DNA from: Clostridiales bacterium
GTDB taxonomy: Bacteria; Bacillota; Clostridia; Christensenellales; UBA1242
Direction: 5' to 3'
DNA: 64,000 nucleotides
Assembly (NCBI GenBank): GCA_050872745.1
Contig: JBNMHL010000001.1
Coordinates: 36,842-100,841 of the forward strand
Shown here: piece by piece, positions 50,087 to 59,397 of the stretch
Position numbering within the stretch: position 1 is the stretch's first letter
Layout: each line of letters begins with the position of its first letter
Translations under genes and position numbers: made by a program
The notes under the pieces: model-generated
Databases searched by the model: none
What the model was told of the DNA's origin: nothing
The model's input: the letters and a program-made list of their open reading frames with translations, nothing else

Positions 50087-50719
50087 ATGAAAAAGGCAAT
50101 TTTAGGAAAAAAACTTGGAATGACTCAAATATTTAACGAAACAGGTCTTGTTGTTCCTGTAACAGTAATTGAGGCTGGTCCTTGCTTTGTAACACAAATA
50201 AAAACAAAAAATAATGATGGCTATGATGCAGTTCAAATTGCATTTGGCGATATTAGAGAAAATTTAGTTAATAAACCAATGATGGGTTTATTTAAGAAAG
50301 CTGAAGTAGCTCCAAAAAGATATGTTAAAGAATTTAAACTTGAAGATTCATCTTTGAATGTTGGCGATAAAGTTCTTTGCGATATCTTCAACGAAGGCGA
50401 TTTAGTTGATGTAACTGGAACATCTAAAGGTCATGGATATTCTGGAACAATCAAAAAATGGAATTTCCATCATCAAAAGAATACTCATGGTGGTGGTCCA
50501 ATTCACCGTCATCCTGGTTCAATTGGTTGTTGTTCATTCCCAGCTAAAGTTTTTAAAGGTAAAAAACTTAGTGGAAGATATGGTCACGATAGAGTTACCA
50601 TTCAAAATTTAACTGTTGTTAAAGTAGATGCTGAAAGAAACATTCTTTTAATTAAAGGTGCAATTCCTGGTCCTAAAGGAAGTTTAGTTTCTGTTAAAAA
50701 CGCAGTAAAGGCAAATTAA
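50087..50719 (+). CDS. rplC: 50S ribosomal protein uL3
   Basis: ILGKKLGMTQIFNETGLVVPVTVIEAGPC. Confidence 0.98.
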   Translation: MKKAILGKKLGMTQIFNETGLVVPVTVIEAGPCFVTQIKTKNNDGYDAVQIAFGDIRENLVNKPMMGLFKKAEVAPKRYVKEFKLEDSSLNVGDKVLCDIFNEGDLVDVTGTSKGHGYSGTIKKWNFHHQKNTHGGGPIHRHPGSIGCCSFPAKVFKGKKLSGRYGHDRVTIQNLTVVKVDAERNILLIKGAIPGPKGSLVSVKNAVKAN

Positions 50720-50741
50720 GCAAAGGAGAATTTACGAGATT

Positions 50742-51368
50742 ATGGCTAATGTTAAAATGTTAAATATGTTAGGCGAAGAATGTGGCTCTTTAAAACTTAA
50801 AGATGAGGTTTTCGGTGCTGACTACAATGAAGCATTAATTCATCAAGTTGTTGTTGCATATCTTGCTAACAATCGTCAAGGAACAAAAAGTACTTTAACT
50901 CGTTCTGAAGTAAGAGGTCATGCTAAAAAACCTTGGAGACAAAAAGGAACAGGTAGAGCACGTCAAGGTTCAACTAAAGGTCCACAATGGAGAGGTGGTG
51001 GAATAGTTTTCGCACCAAAGCCAAGAGACTTTTCAAAGAAAGTTAATAAAGAAGCTAAGAGAGTTGCTTTTAGAAGTGCTATCAGCACAAAACTTGCTTC
51101 TAAAGAATTAATCGTTTTAAAAGATTTAGAATTAAAAGAAGCTAAAACAAAATTATTAGTTGATTTATTGAATAAATTAAACTTAGATAAAACTGCTATC
51201 TTCGTTACTAAAGATGCAAATGAAAATTTGATTCTTGCTGCTGGTAACCTTCAAAATATTGATGTAACCACTTCAAATTTATTAAATGTTTATGATATCA
51301 TTTGTTGTGATAAGTTAGTTGTAACTGAAGATGCTATTAAAGCAATTGAGGAGGCTTACGTAGGATAA
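50742..51368 (+). CDS. rplD: 50S ribosomal protein uL4
   Basis: KPWRQKGTGRARQGS...GGGIVFAPKPRD. Confidence 0.98.
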   Translation: MANVKMLNMLGEECGSLKLKDEVFGADYNEALIHQVVVAYLANNRQGTKSTLTRSEVRGHAKKPWRQKGTGRARQGSTKGPQWRGGGIVFAPKPRDFSKKVNKEAKRVAFRSAISTKLASKELIVLKDLELKEAKTKLLVDLLNKLNLDKTAIFVTKDANENLILAAGNLQNIDVTTSNLLNVYDIICCDKLVVTEDAIKAIEEAYVG

Positions 51369-51658
51369 TGAAAAGTTACGATATTATTATTAAACCACTT
51401 TTAAGTGAAAAAAGTTATGCTGATATTGCTAACAAAAAATACACATTCGTTGTTGCAAAAAGTGCAAACAAAATTGAAATCAAACAAGCAGTTGAAAATA
51501 TTTTCGGAGTTCAAGTTGCTTCAGTTAACACTGCAAACTGCAAAGGAAAATTAAAAAAGCAAGGAAAAACACAAGGTTATACTTCTGATTATAAAAAGGC
51601 TTTCGTTCAATTAAAACCAGAAAGTAAGGCAATTGAGTTTTTTGAAAGCTTATCATAA
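51368..51658 (+). CDS. rplW: 50S ribosomal protein uL23
   Basis: DIIIKPLLSEKS...KYTFVV; TAATG overlap with rplD. Confidence 0.97.
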   Translation: MKSYDIIIKPLLSEKSYADIANKKYTFVVAKSANKIEIKQAVENIFGVQVASVNTANCKGKLKKQGKTQGYTSDYKKAFVQLKPESKAIEFFESLS

Positions 51659-51677
51659 AGGTTAGGAGGAATTTATT

Positions 51678-52505
51678 ATGGCTATTAAAACATATAAACC
51701 AACATCTCCAGCACGTAGATTCTACACAACAGCATCTTTCGAAGAAGTAACAAAAACTTCTCCAGAAAAATCTCTTCTAGTTTCAAAGAAGAAAACAGCT
51801 GGTAGAAACAATAACGGAAGAATAACCGTTCGTCACATTGGTGGTGGAAATAGAGTTAAATATAGAATCATTGATTTCAAAAGAGATAAAGATGGAATTA
51901 ATGCAAAAGTTGCTGGCATTGAATATGATCCAAATCGTTCAGCATACATCGCATTATTAAATTATGCAGATGGTGAAAAAAGATATATCCTAGCACCTAA
52001 GGGATTAAATGCTGGTGATATTGTTCAAAGTGGTGAAAATGCAGAAATTAAAGTTGGTAATGCTCTAAAATTAAAAGATATGCCAGTTGGTTCTGTTATC
52101 CACAATATCGAATTGCAACCAGGCAAGGGCGGTCAAATTGTTCGTTCTGCTGGTATGGAAGCAAGATTGATGGCTAAAGAAGGTAAATTCGCAACCATTA
52201 AACTTCCTAGCGGTGAAACAAGACTTGTTCCAATCGAATGTAAAGCAACATTAGGAACAGTTGGTAACTTAGAACATGAAATAGTTTCTCTTGGTAAAGC
52301 GGGTAGAAAACGTCATATGGGTATTCGCCCAACAGTTCGTGGTTCTGTTATGAACCCTAACGATCACCCTCATGGTGGTGGTGAAGGTAAATGTCCTGTT
52401 GGTAGAAAATCTCCTAGAACTCCTTGGGGTAAACCTGCACTTGGTAAGAAAACTAGAAATACTAAAAAACAAAGTAGCAAACTTATTATTAAGCGTGCGA
52501 ATTAG
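51678..52505 (+). CDS. rplB: 50S ribosomal protein uL2
   Basis: [18 protein letters not shown]...[13 protein letters not shown]. Confidence 0.98.
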   Translation: MAIKTYKPTSPARRFYTTASFEEVTKTSPEKSLLVSKKKTAGRNNNGRITVRHIGGGNRVKYRIIDFKRDKDGINAKVAGIEYDPNRSAYIALLNYADGEKRYILAPKGLNAGDIVQSGENAEIKVGNALKLKDMPVGSVIHNIELQPGKGGQIVRSAGMEARLMAKEGKFATIKLPSGETRLVPIECKATLGTVGNLEHEIVSLGKAGRKRHMGIRPTVRGSVMNPNDHPHGGGEGKCPVGRKSPRTPWGKPALGKKTRNTKKQSSKLIIKRAN

Positions 52506-52516
52506 GAGTGAGAGTT

Positions 52517-52798
52517 ATGAGTAGGTCATTAAAGAAAAAACCATTCGTAGAACAAAGATTGTTTGATAGAATTAAAAAGATGAATGAAGAAGGCAAGAAA
52601 ACAGTTGTTAAAACTTGGAGCCGTTCATCAACAATTTACCCAGAATTCGTTGGTCACACTATCGCTGTTCACAACGGTATGAAACATATTCCTGTTTATT
52701 GCACAATCGATATGATTGGTCATAAACTTGGAGAATTTGCACCAACAAGAACATTTAGAGGTCATGCTGATAAAGCTACAACAAAAGGTAACAAATAG
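52517..52798 (+). CDS. rpsS: 30S ribosomal protein uS19
   Basis: [11 protein letters not shown]...[19 protein letters not shown] 52517 lies 9 nt after AGGAG; the track start at 52508 was rejected. Confidence 0.97.
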   Translation: MSRSLKKKPFVEQRLFDRIKKMNEEGKKTVVKTWSRSSTIYPEFVGHTIAVHNGMKHIPVYCTIDMIGHKLGEFAPTRTFRGHADKATTKGNK

Positions 52799-52809
52799 GA
52801 GAGTAAATT

Positions 52810-53199
52810 ATGGCTACAAGAATGAAAGAAAAATCAGCTAAAAGAATTGAAAATAAAGATCAAAGACCTTTTGCCACAGCTCGTTATATCAGAATGGGTT
52901 CTTCTAAAGCAAAAAGGGTTTTAGATTTGATTAAAAATAAGCCATATCTTGAAGCAGTTGCTATCTGTGATATCACTCCTAGCACAGCTTCTATGGTTGT
53001 TAAAAAAGTTTTAGAGTCTGCAGGAGCTAACGCTGAAAATAATAAAGGTTTAAGCAAAGATACATTATTTGTTGCTGAAGCTTATGCAAACCAAGGTCCA
53101 TCTTTCAAAAGAGTTAAATTCAGAGGTAGAGGTGGAGTTGATACTATTATAAAAAGAACTTGTCATATCACAGTTGTGTTAGACAGTGCTGCAAACTAG
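52810..53199 (+). CDS. rplV: 50S ribosomal protein uL22 (about 20 aa N-terminal extension)
   Basis: [23 protein letters not shown].... Confidence 0.96.
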   Translation: MATRMKEKSAKRIENKDQRPFATARYIRMGSSKAKRVLDLIKNKPYLEAVAICDITPSTASMVVKKVLESAGANAENNKGLSKDTLFVAEAYANQGPSFKRVKFRGRGGVDTIIKRTCHITVVLDSAAN

Positions 53200-53219
53200 A
53201 AAGGAGTAGTAAGTTAAGT

Positions 53220-53906
53220 ATGGGACAAAAAGTTAATCCTCATGGAATGAGAGTTGGTGTTAATAAAGACTGGAGTTCTTCTTGGATTTCATCTAAGCAA
53301 GACTTCTCTAAATTCATCAAAGAAGACCATGATATTAGAAAATTAATCAATAAAAAACATGCCGCATCTAGCGTTTCTGATGTTAAAATTGAAAGAACTG
53401 CTGGAAGATTAACAGTTGACATCTTTACTGCTCGTCCTGGTGTTATCATCGGAACTAAGGGTGCAGGCGTTGAAGAACTTAAAAAAGATATTTCTGCTAT
53501 AAGTTCTATTAAAAATGTTAATGTAAACATTAAAGAAGTAAAAAGACCTGATCTTGATGCCGAATTAGTTGCTCAAACAATTGCTCAACAACTTGAAAAA
53601 AGAATGAGCTTCCGTCGCGCAATGAAGATGGCTATGCAAAGAGTTATGAAAGCAGGTGCTAAAGGTTGCAAAGTTATGGTTAGTGGTCGTTTAGATGGCG
53701 CAGAAATCGCTAGAAGCGAACATTATCATGAAGGTCGCCTTCCTCTTCAAACTTTAAGAAGTGATATCGATTACGGAACTTGTGAAGCACACACAACTTT
53801 CGGTGTTATTGGTGTTAAAGTTTGGATTTGCAAGGGTGAAATTCTAGGCAAAAAATCTGTAACTATTGCAGAAGCTCCTGAATCAACAGAGGGAGGTAAC
53901 AATTAA
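53220..53906 (+). CDS. rpsC: 30S ribosomal protein uS3
   Basis: [25 protein letters not shown] lies upstream. The track start at 53160 sits inside rplV and was rejected. Confidence 0.97.
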   Translation: MGQKVNPHGMRVGVNKDWSSSWISSKQDFSKFIKEDHDIRKLINKKHAASSVSDVKIERTAGRLTVDIFTARPGVIIGTKGAGVEELKKDISAISSIKNVNVNIKEVKRPDLDAELVAQTIAQQLEKRMSFRRAMKMAMQRVMKAGAKGCKVMVSGRLDGAEIARSEHYHEGRLPLQTLRSDIDYGTCEAHTTFGVIGVKVWICKGEILGKKSVTIAEAPESTEGGNN

Positions 53907-53907
53907 T

Positions 53908-54357
53908 ATGTTATTAATGCCAAAAAGAGTTAAAAGAAGAAGACAACATAGAGGCAGAATGACTGGTGTTGCTTCAAGAGGAAACAAAATTGCTTATGGT
54001 GAATATGCTTTAGTTGCAACTGAACCTTGCTGGTTAAAAGCCAACCAAATTGAAGCTGCACGTATTGCTATTAACCGTTACACTAAAAGAGGCGGAAAAG
54101 TTTGGATAAATATTTTCCCTCATAAACCAGTTACTAAAAAACCTGCTGATACTCGTATGGGTAAAGGTAAAGGTGCTCCAGAATTTTGGGTTGCTGTTGT
54201 TAAACCAGGTAGAGTTCTATTTGAAATCGCTGGTGTTGCTGAAGAACAAGCTAGAGAAGCTATGAGGCTTGCTTCACACAAACTTCCTTGCAAAACAAAA
54301 TTTGTAGCTAAAGCTCAAATGGAAGCTGTTGAAGGCGGTGACGATCATGAAGAATAA
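53908..54357 (+). CDS. rplP: 50S ribosomal protein uL16
   Basis: [25 protein letters not shown] lies upstream. Confidence 0.97.
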   Translation: MLLMPKRVKRRRQHRGRMTGVASRGNKIAYGEYALVATEPCWLKANQIEAARIAINRYTKRGGKVWINIFPHKPVTKKPADTRMGKGKGAPEFWVAVVKPGRVLFEIAGVAEEQAREAMRLASHKLPCKTKFVAKAQMEAVEGGDDHEE

Positions 54358-54553
54358 GAATTTAAGAGATTTAACAAATGAAGAACTAAACAAAAAGTTA
54401 GTTGAATTAAAACAAGAACTTTTTAACCTTCGTTTTTCAAATGCAACAGGGCAATTATCTAACCCTATGCAAATTAATGCTTGCAAGAAAGAAATTGCAA
54501 GAATTAAAACAATCTTAACTGAACGTGAGCTAAATATAAAGGTTAAGGCATAA
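54347..54553 (+). CDS. rpmC: 50S ribosomal protein uL29
   Basis: [30 protein letters not shown]. It overlaps the rplP end by 11 nt. Confidence 0.95.
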   Translation: MKNKNLRDLTNEELNKKLVELKQELFNLRFSNATGQLSNPMQINACKKEIARIKTILTERELNIKVKA

Positions 54554-54570
54554 TCGCTATGGAGGAAATT

Positions 54571-54849
54571 ATGGAAAGAGATTTAGAAAAAACAACTGAT
54601 AGAAATCTAAGAAAAACAAGAATCGGTGTTGTTTCAAGCAATAAGATGGACAAAACTATCACAGTTTCTATTGTTTCAAATAAGCGTCATCCACTTTATA
54701 GCAAAGTTTATAAATCAACAAAGAAGTTCAAAGCTCACGATGAAAAGAACGAATGCAATATTGGTGACACAGTTGAGATTATGGAAACACGTCCACTAAG
54801 CAAGGACAAACATTTCAGATTAGTAAGAATAATAGAAAGAGCAAAATAA
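54571..54849 (+). CDS. rpsQ: 30S ribosomal protein uS17
   Basis: [19 protein letters not shown]...[28 protein letters not shown] lies 5 nt upstream of ATG 54571. Confidence 0.96.
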   Translation: MERDLEKTTDRNLRKTRIGVVSSNKMDKTITVSIVSNKRHPLYSKVYKSTKKFKAHDEKNECNIGDTVEIMETRPLSKDKHFRLVRIIERAK

Positions 54850-54860
54850 GGAGTTAAATT

Positions 54861-55229
54861 ATGGTACAACCACAAACAATACTTAAGGTTGCCGATAATA
54901 GCGGTGCTAAAAAGATAATGTGTATTAGAATTTTAGGTGGTTCATTCAGAAGAAGTGGAAACATTGGCGATATTATCGTTGCTTCTGTTAAATCTGCAAC
55001 TCCTGGTGGCGCTGTTAAAAAAGGTGACGTTGTTAAAGCCGTTATCGTAAGAACAAACAAAGGTATTTCAAGACCAGATGGTTCTTACATTAAATTTGAT
55101 GATAATGCCGCAGTTATCATTGATAACCAAAAACTACCAAAAGGTACTCGTATCTTTGGACCAATTGCAAGGGAACTTAGAGATAAAGGATTTATGAAAA
55201 TAATTTCTTTAGCTCCTGAGGTTCTTTAA
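54861..55229 (+). CDS. rplN: 50S ribosomal protein uL14
   Basis: [27 protein letters not shown]. Confidence 0.98.
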   Translation: MVQPQTILKVADNSGAKKIMCIRILGGSFRRSGNIGDIIVASVKSATPGGAVKKGDVVKAVIVRTNKGISRPDGSYIKFDDNAAVIIDNQKLPKGTRIFGPIARELRDKGFMKIISLAPEVL

Positions 55230-55243
55230 AGGAAGGTGTTTAT

Positions 55244-55780
55244 ATGGCTATGCAAATTAGAAAAGGTGATAACGTTCTAGTTATCGCTGGAAAAGACAAA
55301 GGTAAATCAGGAAAAGTATTATCAGTTGATCCAACAAACAATGCTGTTGTTATAACTGGTGTAAATATTGTTTCTAAACATAAAAAAGCAAGAAGTGCTG
55401 AAGATAAAGGCGGTATCTTCAAAAGAGAAAATAAAGTTGATGCTTCAAATGCTCAAATCATTTGCCCAGCTTGCGGTAAAGCAACAAGAGTTGCTCACAC
55501 AATTGAAGGGGACAAAAAATCAAGAGTATGCAAAAAATGCGGAGCTTCTTTAGATAAAGCTGTTGTTGCCAAGAAAACAACTAAAGCTTCTTCTGAAAAA
55601 TCTACAACTAAAGCAGCAGCTAAACCAGCAACTAAGTCTGCTGCAGCATCAAAAGCAAAAACAACCAAAACTGCAACAAAATCTGCTCCAAAGAGCGAAA
55701 AAGCTCCTAAAGCAACTGCTGCAAAAAAATCTACATCAACATCTACTAGAAAGACTTCTAGCAAGAGTTCAGGTAAATAG
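55244..55780 (+). CDS. rplX: 50S ribosomal protein uL24 with CxxC...CxxC knuckles and a ~75-aa Lys/Ala/Thr/Ser-rich C-terminal tail
   Basis: KOW core IRKGDNVLVIAGKDKGKSGKV, then ICPACGKATRVAHTIEGDKKSRVCKKCGASL, then the low-complexity tail KKTTKASSEKSTTKAAAKPATKSAAASKAK.... Confidence 0.95.
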   Translation: MAMQIRKGDNVLVIAGKDKGKSGKVLSVDPTNNAVVITGVNIVSKHKKARSAEDKGGIFKRENKVDASNAQIICPACGKATRVAHTIEGDKKSRVCKKCGASLDKAVVAKKTTKASSEKSTTKAAAKPATKSAAASKAKTTKTATKSAPKSEKAPKATAAKKSTSTSTRKTSSKSSGK

Positions 55781-55795
55781 GAGGAATAATTATTT

Positions 55796-56344
55796 ATGGA
55801 AAAAAACAGATTACATGTTAAATATTTAGAAGAAGTTGTTCCTGCTATTATGAAGGAAAAAGGTTATAAAAATGTTAACCAAGTTCCAAAAATTGAAAAA
55901 ATCGTTTTAAACCGTGGTTTAGGTGATTGCAAAGATAATGCTCAAAGCTTTAATAAAGCTGTTGATGAATTAGCTCAAATCACTGGTCAAAAACCAGTTG
56001 TAACTTTTGCAAAAAAATCTATCGCTAACTTCAAAGTTAGAGAAGGTAATAAAGTTGGTGCAAAAGTTACTCTTAGAGGAGAAAAGATGTATGAATTCTT
56101 AGATAGATTAATTTCTATCGCTCTTCCTCGTGTTAGAGACTTCCAAGGTATTTCAGCAAAGGCATTTGATGGAAAAGGAAATTACGCATTAGGTCTTAAA
56201 GAACAATTAGTTTTCCCAGAAATCAGTTATGAGAAAATTGATAAAGTTCGTGGTCTAGATGTTGTTATCGTAACAAACGCTAGAACAGATGAAGATGCAA
56301 AGTTACTTTTAGATTATATGGGAATGCCTTTTAAAAGGAAATAG
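55796..56344 (+). CDS. rplE: 50S ribosomal protein uL5
   Basis: [36 protein letters not shown]. Confidence 0.98.
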   Translation: MEKNRLHVKYLEEVVPAIMKEKGYKNVNQVPKIEKIVLNRGLGDCKDNAQSFNKAVDELAQITGQKPVVTFAKKSIANFKVREGNKVGAKVTLRGEKMYEFLDRLISIALPRVRDFQGISAKAFDGKGNYALGLKEQLVFPEISYEKIDKVRGLDVVIVTNARTDEDAKLLLDYMGMPFKRK

Positions 56345-56353
56345 GAGGAAGCA

Positions 56354-56539
56354 ATGGCAAGAAAAGCATTAAAAGTTAAACAACAAAAAGAACAAAAATT
56401 CTCAACCAGAGAATACACTCGTTGCTCTATCTGTGGCAGACCTCATTCTGTTTTGAAGAAATACGGAATTTGCAGAATTTGCTTCAGAGAATTGGCATAC
56501 AAAGGCGAAATCCCTGGTGTTAAGAAGTCAAGTTGGTAA
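56354..56539 (+). CDS. rpsN: 30S ribosomal protein uS14, type Z (zinc form, 61 aa)
   Basis: [38 protein letters not shown]. Confidence 0.97.
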   Translation: MARKALKVKQQKEQKFSTREYTRCSICGRPHSVLKKYGICRICFRELAYKGEIPGVKKSSW

Positions 56540-56553
56540 AAGGAGATAAGTTT

Positions 56554-56952
56554 ATGATAGTAACAGATCCAATCGCAGATATGCTAACAAGAATGAGAAA
56601 TGGCTTGAGTGCTAAACATAAAAGTGTTTCCGTTCCAGTTTCAAAAACAAAATTAGCAATTGCAAAACTATTACTTGATGAATGTTTCATCGCTTCATAT
56701 AATGTTGATGGTGAAGGCACAAAAGCAAATATAAATATAGAATTCAAATTCGGTCCTAATGGCGAAAAAGTTATAAATGGATTAAAGAGAATTTCTAAAC
56801 CAGGTTTAAGAATTTATGCTAGTGCAGAAGACCTTCCAAAAGTTATTAATGGTTTAGGTATTGCAATTGTTTCAACAAATAAAGGATTAATGACAGACAG
56901 ACAAGCACGCCAAGAAAATGTTGGTGGTGAAGTTTTGGCTTTCGTTTGGTAG
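56554..56952 (+). CDS. rpsH: 30S ribosomal protein uS8
   Basis: MIVTDPIADMLTRMRNG. AAGGAG lies upstream of ATG 56554. Confidence 0.97.
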   Translation: MIVTDPIADMLTRMRNGLSAKHKSVSVPVSKTKLAIAKLLLDECFIASYNVDGEGTKANINIEFKFGPNGEKVINGLKRISKPGLRIYASAEDLPKVINGLGIAIVSTNKGLMTDRQARQENVGGEVLAFVW

Positions 56953-56962
56953 GAGGAAAGAT

Positions 56963-57502
56963 ATGAGTAGAATAGGAAGATTACCAATTTCAATTCCAGC
57001 AAATGTTAAAGTTGAAGTTGATGATAATAATAAAGTTACCGTTACTGGTCCTCTAGGAACTCTTTCTCGTGAAATCAATCCTAGAATTGATATTAAGCAA
57101 GAAGGTTCTGAAATTATAGTTGGTGTTAAATCAACTGATCCAAAACTAAAAGCTATTTATGGTTTATCACGCCAATTAATTAATAATATGGTTGTTGGTG
57201 TTAGCCAAGGTTACACTAAAAAACTAAACATTAATGGCGTTGGTTATAAAGTAACTCAAAACGGTGAAAACTTAACTATGAATATTGGTTTTTCTCACCC
57301 AGTTGAATTAAAAGCAGTTCCAGGAATTAAACTTTCTTGTGACAAAACTCAAATTATCGTAACCGGCATCGATAAAGAAAAAGTTGGTCAATTTGCTGCT
57401 AATGTTAGAGATATTAAACCAGTTGAACCATATCACGCATATGGCATTAGCTACGATGATGAAGTTATCGTTAGAAAAGAAGTTAAAAGTGGAAAAAAAT
57501 AA
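56963..57502 (+). CDS. rplF: 50S ribosomal protein uL6
   Basis: MSRIGRLPISIPANVKVEV. AGGAGG lies upstream of ATG 56963. Confidence 0.97.
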   Translation: MSRIGRLPISIPANVKVEVDDNNKVTVTGPLGTLSREINPRIDIKQEGSEIIVGVKSTDPKLKAIYGLSRQLINNMVVGVSQGYTKKLNINGVGYKVTQNGENLTMNIGFSHPVELKAVPGIKLSCDKTQIIVTGIDKEKVGQFAANVRDIKPVEPYHAYGISYDDEVIVRKEVKSGKK

Positions 57503-57522
57503 AAGGAGTTAGGTAAACTATT

Positions 57523-57891
57523 ATGATTAATAAAGTAGATAAAAATGCTGAAAGAAAAATCAGAGCTAAAAGAGTTAGACGTAAGGTTTCCGGCACTCAT
57601 AAAGTTCCACGTTTAAATGTTTTCAGAAGTTTAAGCAATATATCTTGTCAAATTATTGATGACACTAAAGGTGTAACACTTGTTAGTGCTTCATCTTTAG
57701 ATAAAGATCTTGCACAAAGTTTAAAAGGTAAAACAAAACAAGAGGTTGCATTTGCAGTAGGCGAAGCAGTTGCTAAAAAAGCATTAGATGCTAAAATCAA
57801 AGCAGTTGTATTTGATAGAGCAGGTTATGTTTACACTGGCAGAGTTAAAGCATTAGCTGATGGCGCTAGAAATGCAGGCTTGAAGTTTTAA
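57523..57891 (+). CDS. rplR: 50S ribosomal protein uL18
   Basis: [36 protein letters not shown]. Confidence 0.97.
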   Translation: MINKVDKNAERKIRAKRVRRKVSGTHKVPRLNVFRSLSNISCQIIDDTKGVTLVSASSLDKDLAQSLKGKTKQEVAFAVGEAVAKKALDAKIKAVVFDRAGYVYTGRVKALADGARNAGLKF

Positions 57892-57903
57892 GGAGAAGGT
57901 CAC

Positions 57904-58467
57904 ATGCAAAATAATAATGAAAAGAAAACATTTGAGAAGAAACCATTCGAAAAAAGACCTGATAAGAAATTTGTTAAAAGAGAAAAAGAAGTTGATCCTA
58001 TTGCTAGCAAGTTAGTAACTGTTAATAGAATTACTAAAGTTGTTAAGGGTGGTAGAAATATGCGTTTCAGTGCTCTAATCGTAGTTGGAGATAGAGCTGG
58101 AAAAGTAGGTCTAGGTCACGCTAAAGCAGCTGAAGTTCCAAATGCTATTGAAAAAGCAACATTACTTGCTAAAAAACATATGGTTAAAATTTCATTAGAT
58201 GGAACAACAATTCCACACGAAGTAGTTGGTAAATTCGGAACAAGTATGGTTAAATTACTTCCTTCTAAAGAAGGTACTGGTGTTATCGCTGGTGGTTCAG
58301 TTCGTCCAGTTGTTGAACTTTGTGGAATTAAAGATATCACTGCAAAATCTTATGGTTCAAGAAATAAAATTAATTGCGTTAAAGCAACTTTAAATGCTTT
58401 ACAACAATTAAGATCAAAAGAAGAAGTTGCACTTCTTCGCGGAAAATCTGTTGAGGAAATTTTATAG
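57904..58467 (+). CDS. rpsE: 30S ribosomal protein uS5 (about 20 aa basic N-terminal extension)
   Basis: LVTVNRITKVVKGGRNMRFSALIVVGD. Confidence 0.97.
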   Translation: MQNNNEKKTFEKKPFEKRPDKKFVKREKEVDPIASKLVTVNRITKVVKGGRNMRFSALIVVGDRAGKVGLGHAKAAEVPNAIEKATLLAKKHMVKISLDGTTIPHEVVGKFGTSMVKLLPSKEGTGVIAGGSVRPVVELCGIKDITAKSYGSRNKINCVKATLNALQQLRSKEEVALLRGKSVEEIL

Positions 58468-58477
58468 GAGGTAAATT

Positions 58478-58939
58478 ATGGCAGAAACTAAGAAAACAAC
58501 AACAAAATCAACTACTGCTACAAAATCTACTTCAGCTAAATCAACAGCAGTAAAAAAAGAAACAGCTACTAAAACTCCAGCAAAAACAGTAGCTAAATCA
58601 ACATCTGCAAAAAAGGATACAGCAACAAAAACAACAGCATCAAAAACTGTAGCTAAAACACCAGCAAAGAAAGCTACAACAAAATCTGCTGAAGTTAAAG
58701 TTGAACCAAAAAAAGCAGAAGTTAAAGTTGAAAAAACATCAAAACCTGCTAAGAAAGGTAAAATGATTAGAGTAACTTTAATTAGAAGTTACATTGGTTA
58801 CAATAAAGACCAAGCAAGAACTGTTAAAGCTCTTGGTTTAAATAAAATAAATTCATCAAACGAACTAGTTGATAACGCTTGCATTAGAGGTATGATCTTC
58901 AAAGTTAAACATTTAGTTCGTGTTGAAGAAATGAACTAG
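58478..58939 (+). CDS. rpmD: 50S ribosomal protein uL30 with a ~95-aa Lys/Ala/Thr-rich N-terminal extension
   Basis: The C-terminal 58 aa, [56 protein letters not shown], form a complete L30 core. The upstream 95 codons are in frame and start at ATG 58478 behind AGGAGG. Confidence 0.9.
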   Translation: MAETKKTTTKSTTATKSTSAKSTAVKKETATKTPAKTVAKSTSAKKDTATKTTASKTVAKTPAKKATTKSAEVKVEPKKAEVKVEKTSKPAKKGKMIRVTLIRSYIGYNKDQARTVKALGLNKINSSNELVDNACIRGMIFKVKHLVRVEEMN

Positions 58940-58950
58940 GGGGAAAAATT

Positions 58951-59397
58951 ATGAAATTACATCAATTGTCTCCAGCTCCTAATTCACAAGTTAGTGCTAG
59001 ACGTGTTGGCCGTGGTCTTGGTTCTGGTCTTGGTAAAACAAGCGGAAGAGGAACAAAAGGTCAAAATTCTAGAAGTGGTGGCGGAGTTAGATTAGGATTC
59101 GAAGGTGGTCAAATGCCACTTGTTAGAAGATTACCTAGAAGAGGATTCAGTAATGCTTTATTCAAAAAAGAATACAATGTTATCAATGTTTCTGATTTGG
59201 AAAATTTCAAAGCAAACACAGTTATAACAATTGAACTTCTTCAAGAGAAAGGTATCATTAATAAAATCGCCCCTTATGGTTTAAAGGTGTTGGGTAATGG
59301 AAATTTAACAAAAGCTTTAACTGTTAAAGCAAATAAATTTTCTGAAAGTGCAATACAAAAAATCAATGAAGCGGGTGGAAAAGCAGAGGTGCTATAA
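58951..59397 (+). CDS. rplO: 50S ribosomal protein uL15
   Basis: [29 protein letters not shown]. Confidence 0.98.
   Translation: MKLHQLSPAPNSQVSARRVGRGLGSGLGKTSGRGTKGQNSRSGGGVRLGFEGGQMPLVRRLPRRGFSNALFKKEYNVINVSDLENFKANTVITIELLQEKGIINKIAPYGLKVLGNGNLTKALTVKANKFSESAIQKINEAGGKAEVL

Noticed and set aside
55368-55829. Overlapping ORFs on other frames or strands across the uL24 tail (55368-55553, 55495-55764, 55563-55829).
   Set aside because: They are produced by the low-complexity GCW/AAR/ACW repeat coding for the K/A/T tail. Only the uL24 frame is continuous with a conserved domain and an SD.
52508-57002. Upstream-extended starts given by the ORF track for rpsS, rpsC, rplP, rpmC, rpsQ, rpsH and rplF. 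The same applies to rplI, addA, and the 18943, 19797 and 49020 ORFs.
   Set aside because: Each extension runs into the preceding gene or a terminator. The canonical N-termini ([31 protein letters not shown] and so on) sit 5-10 nt behind clear SD sequences, so the internal starts were used.
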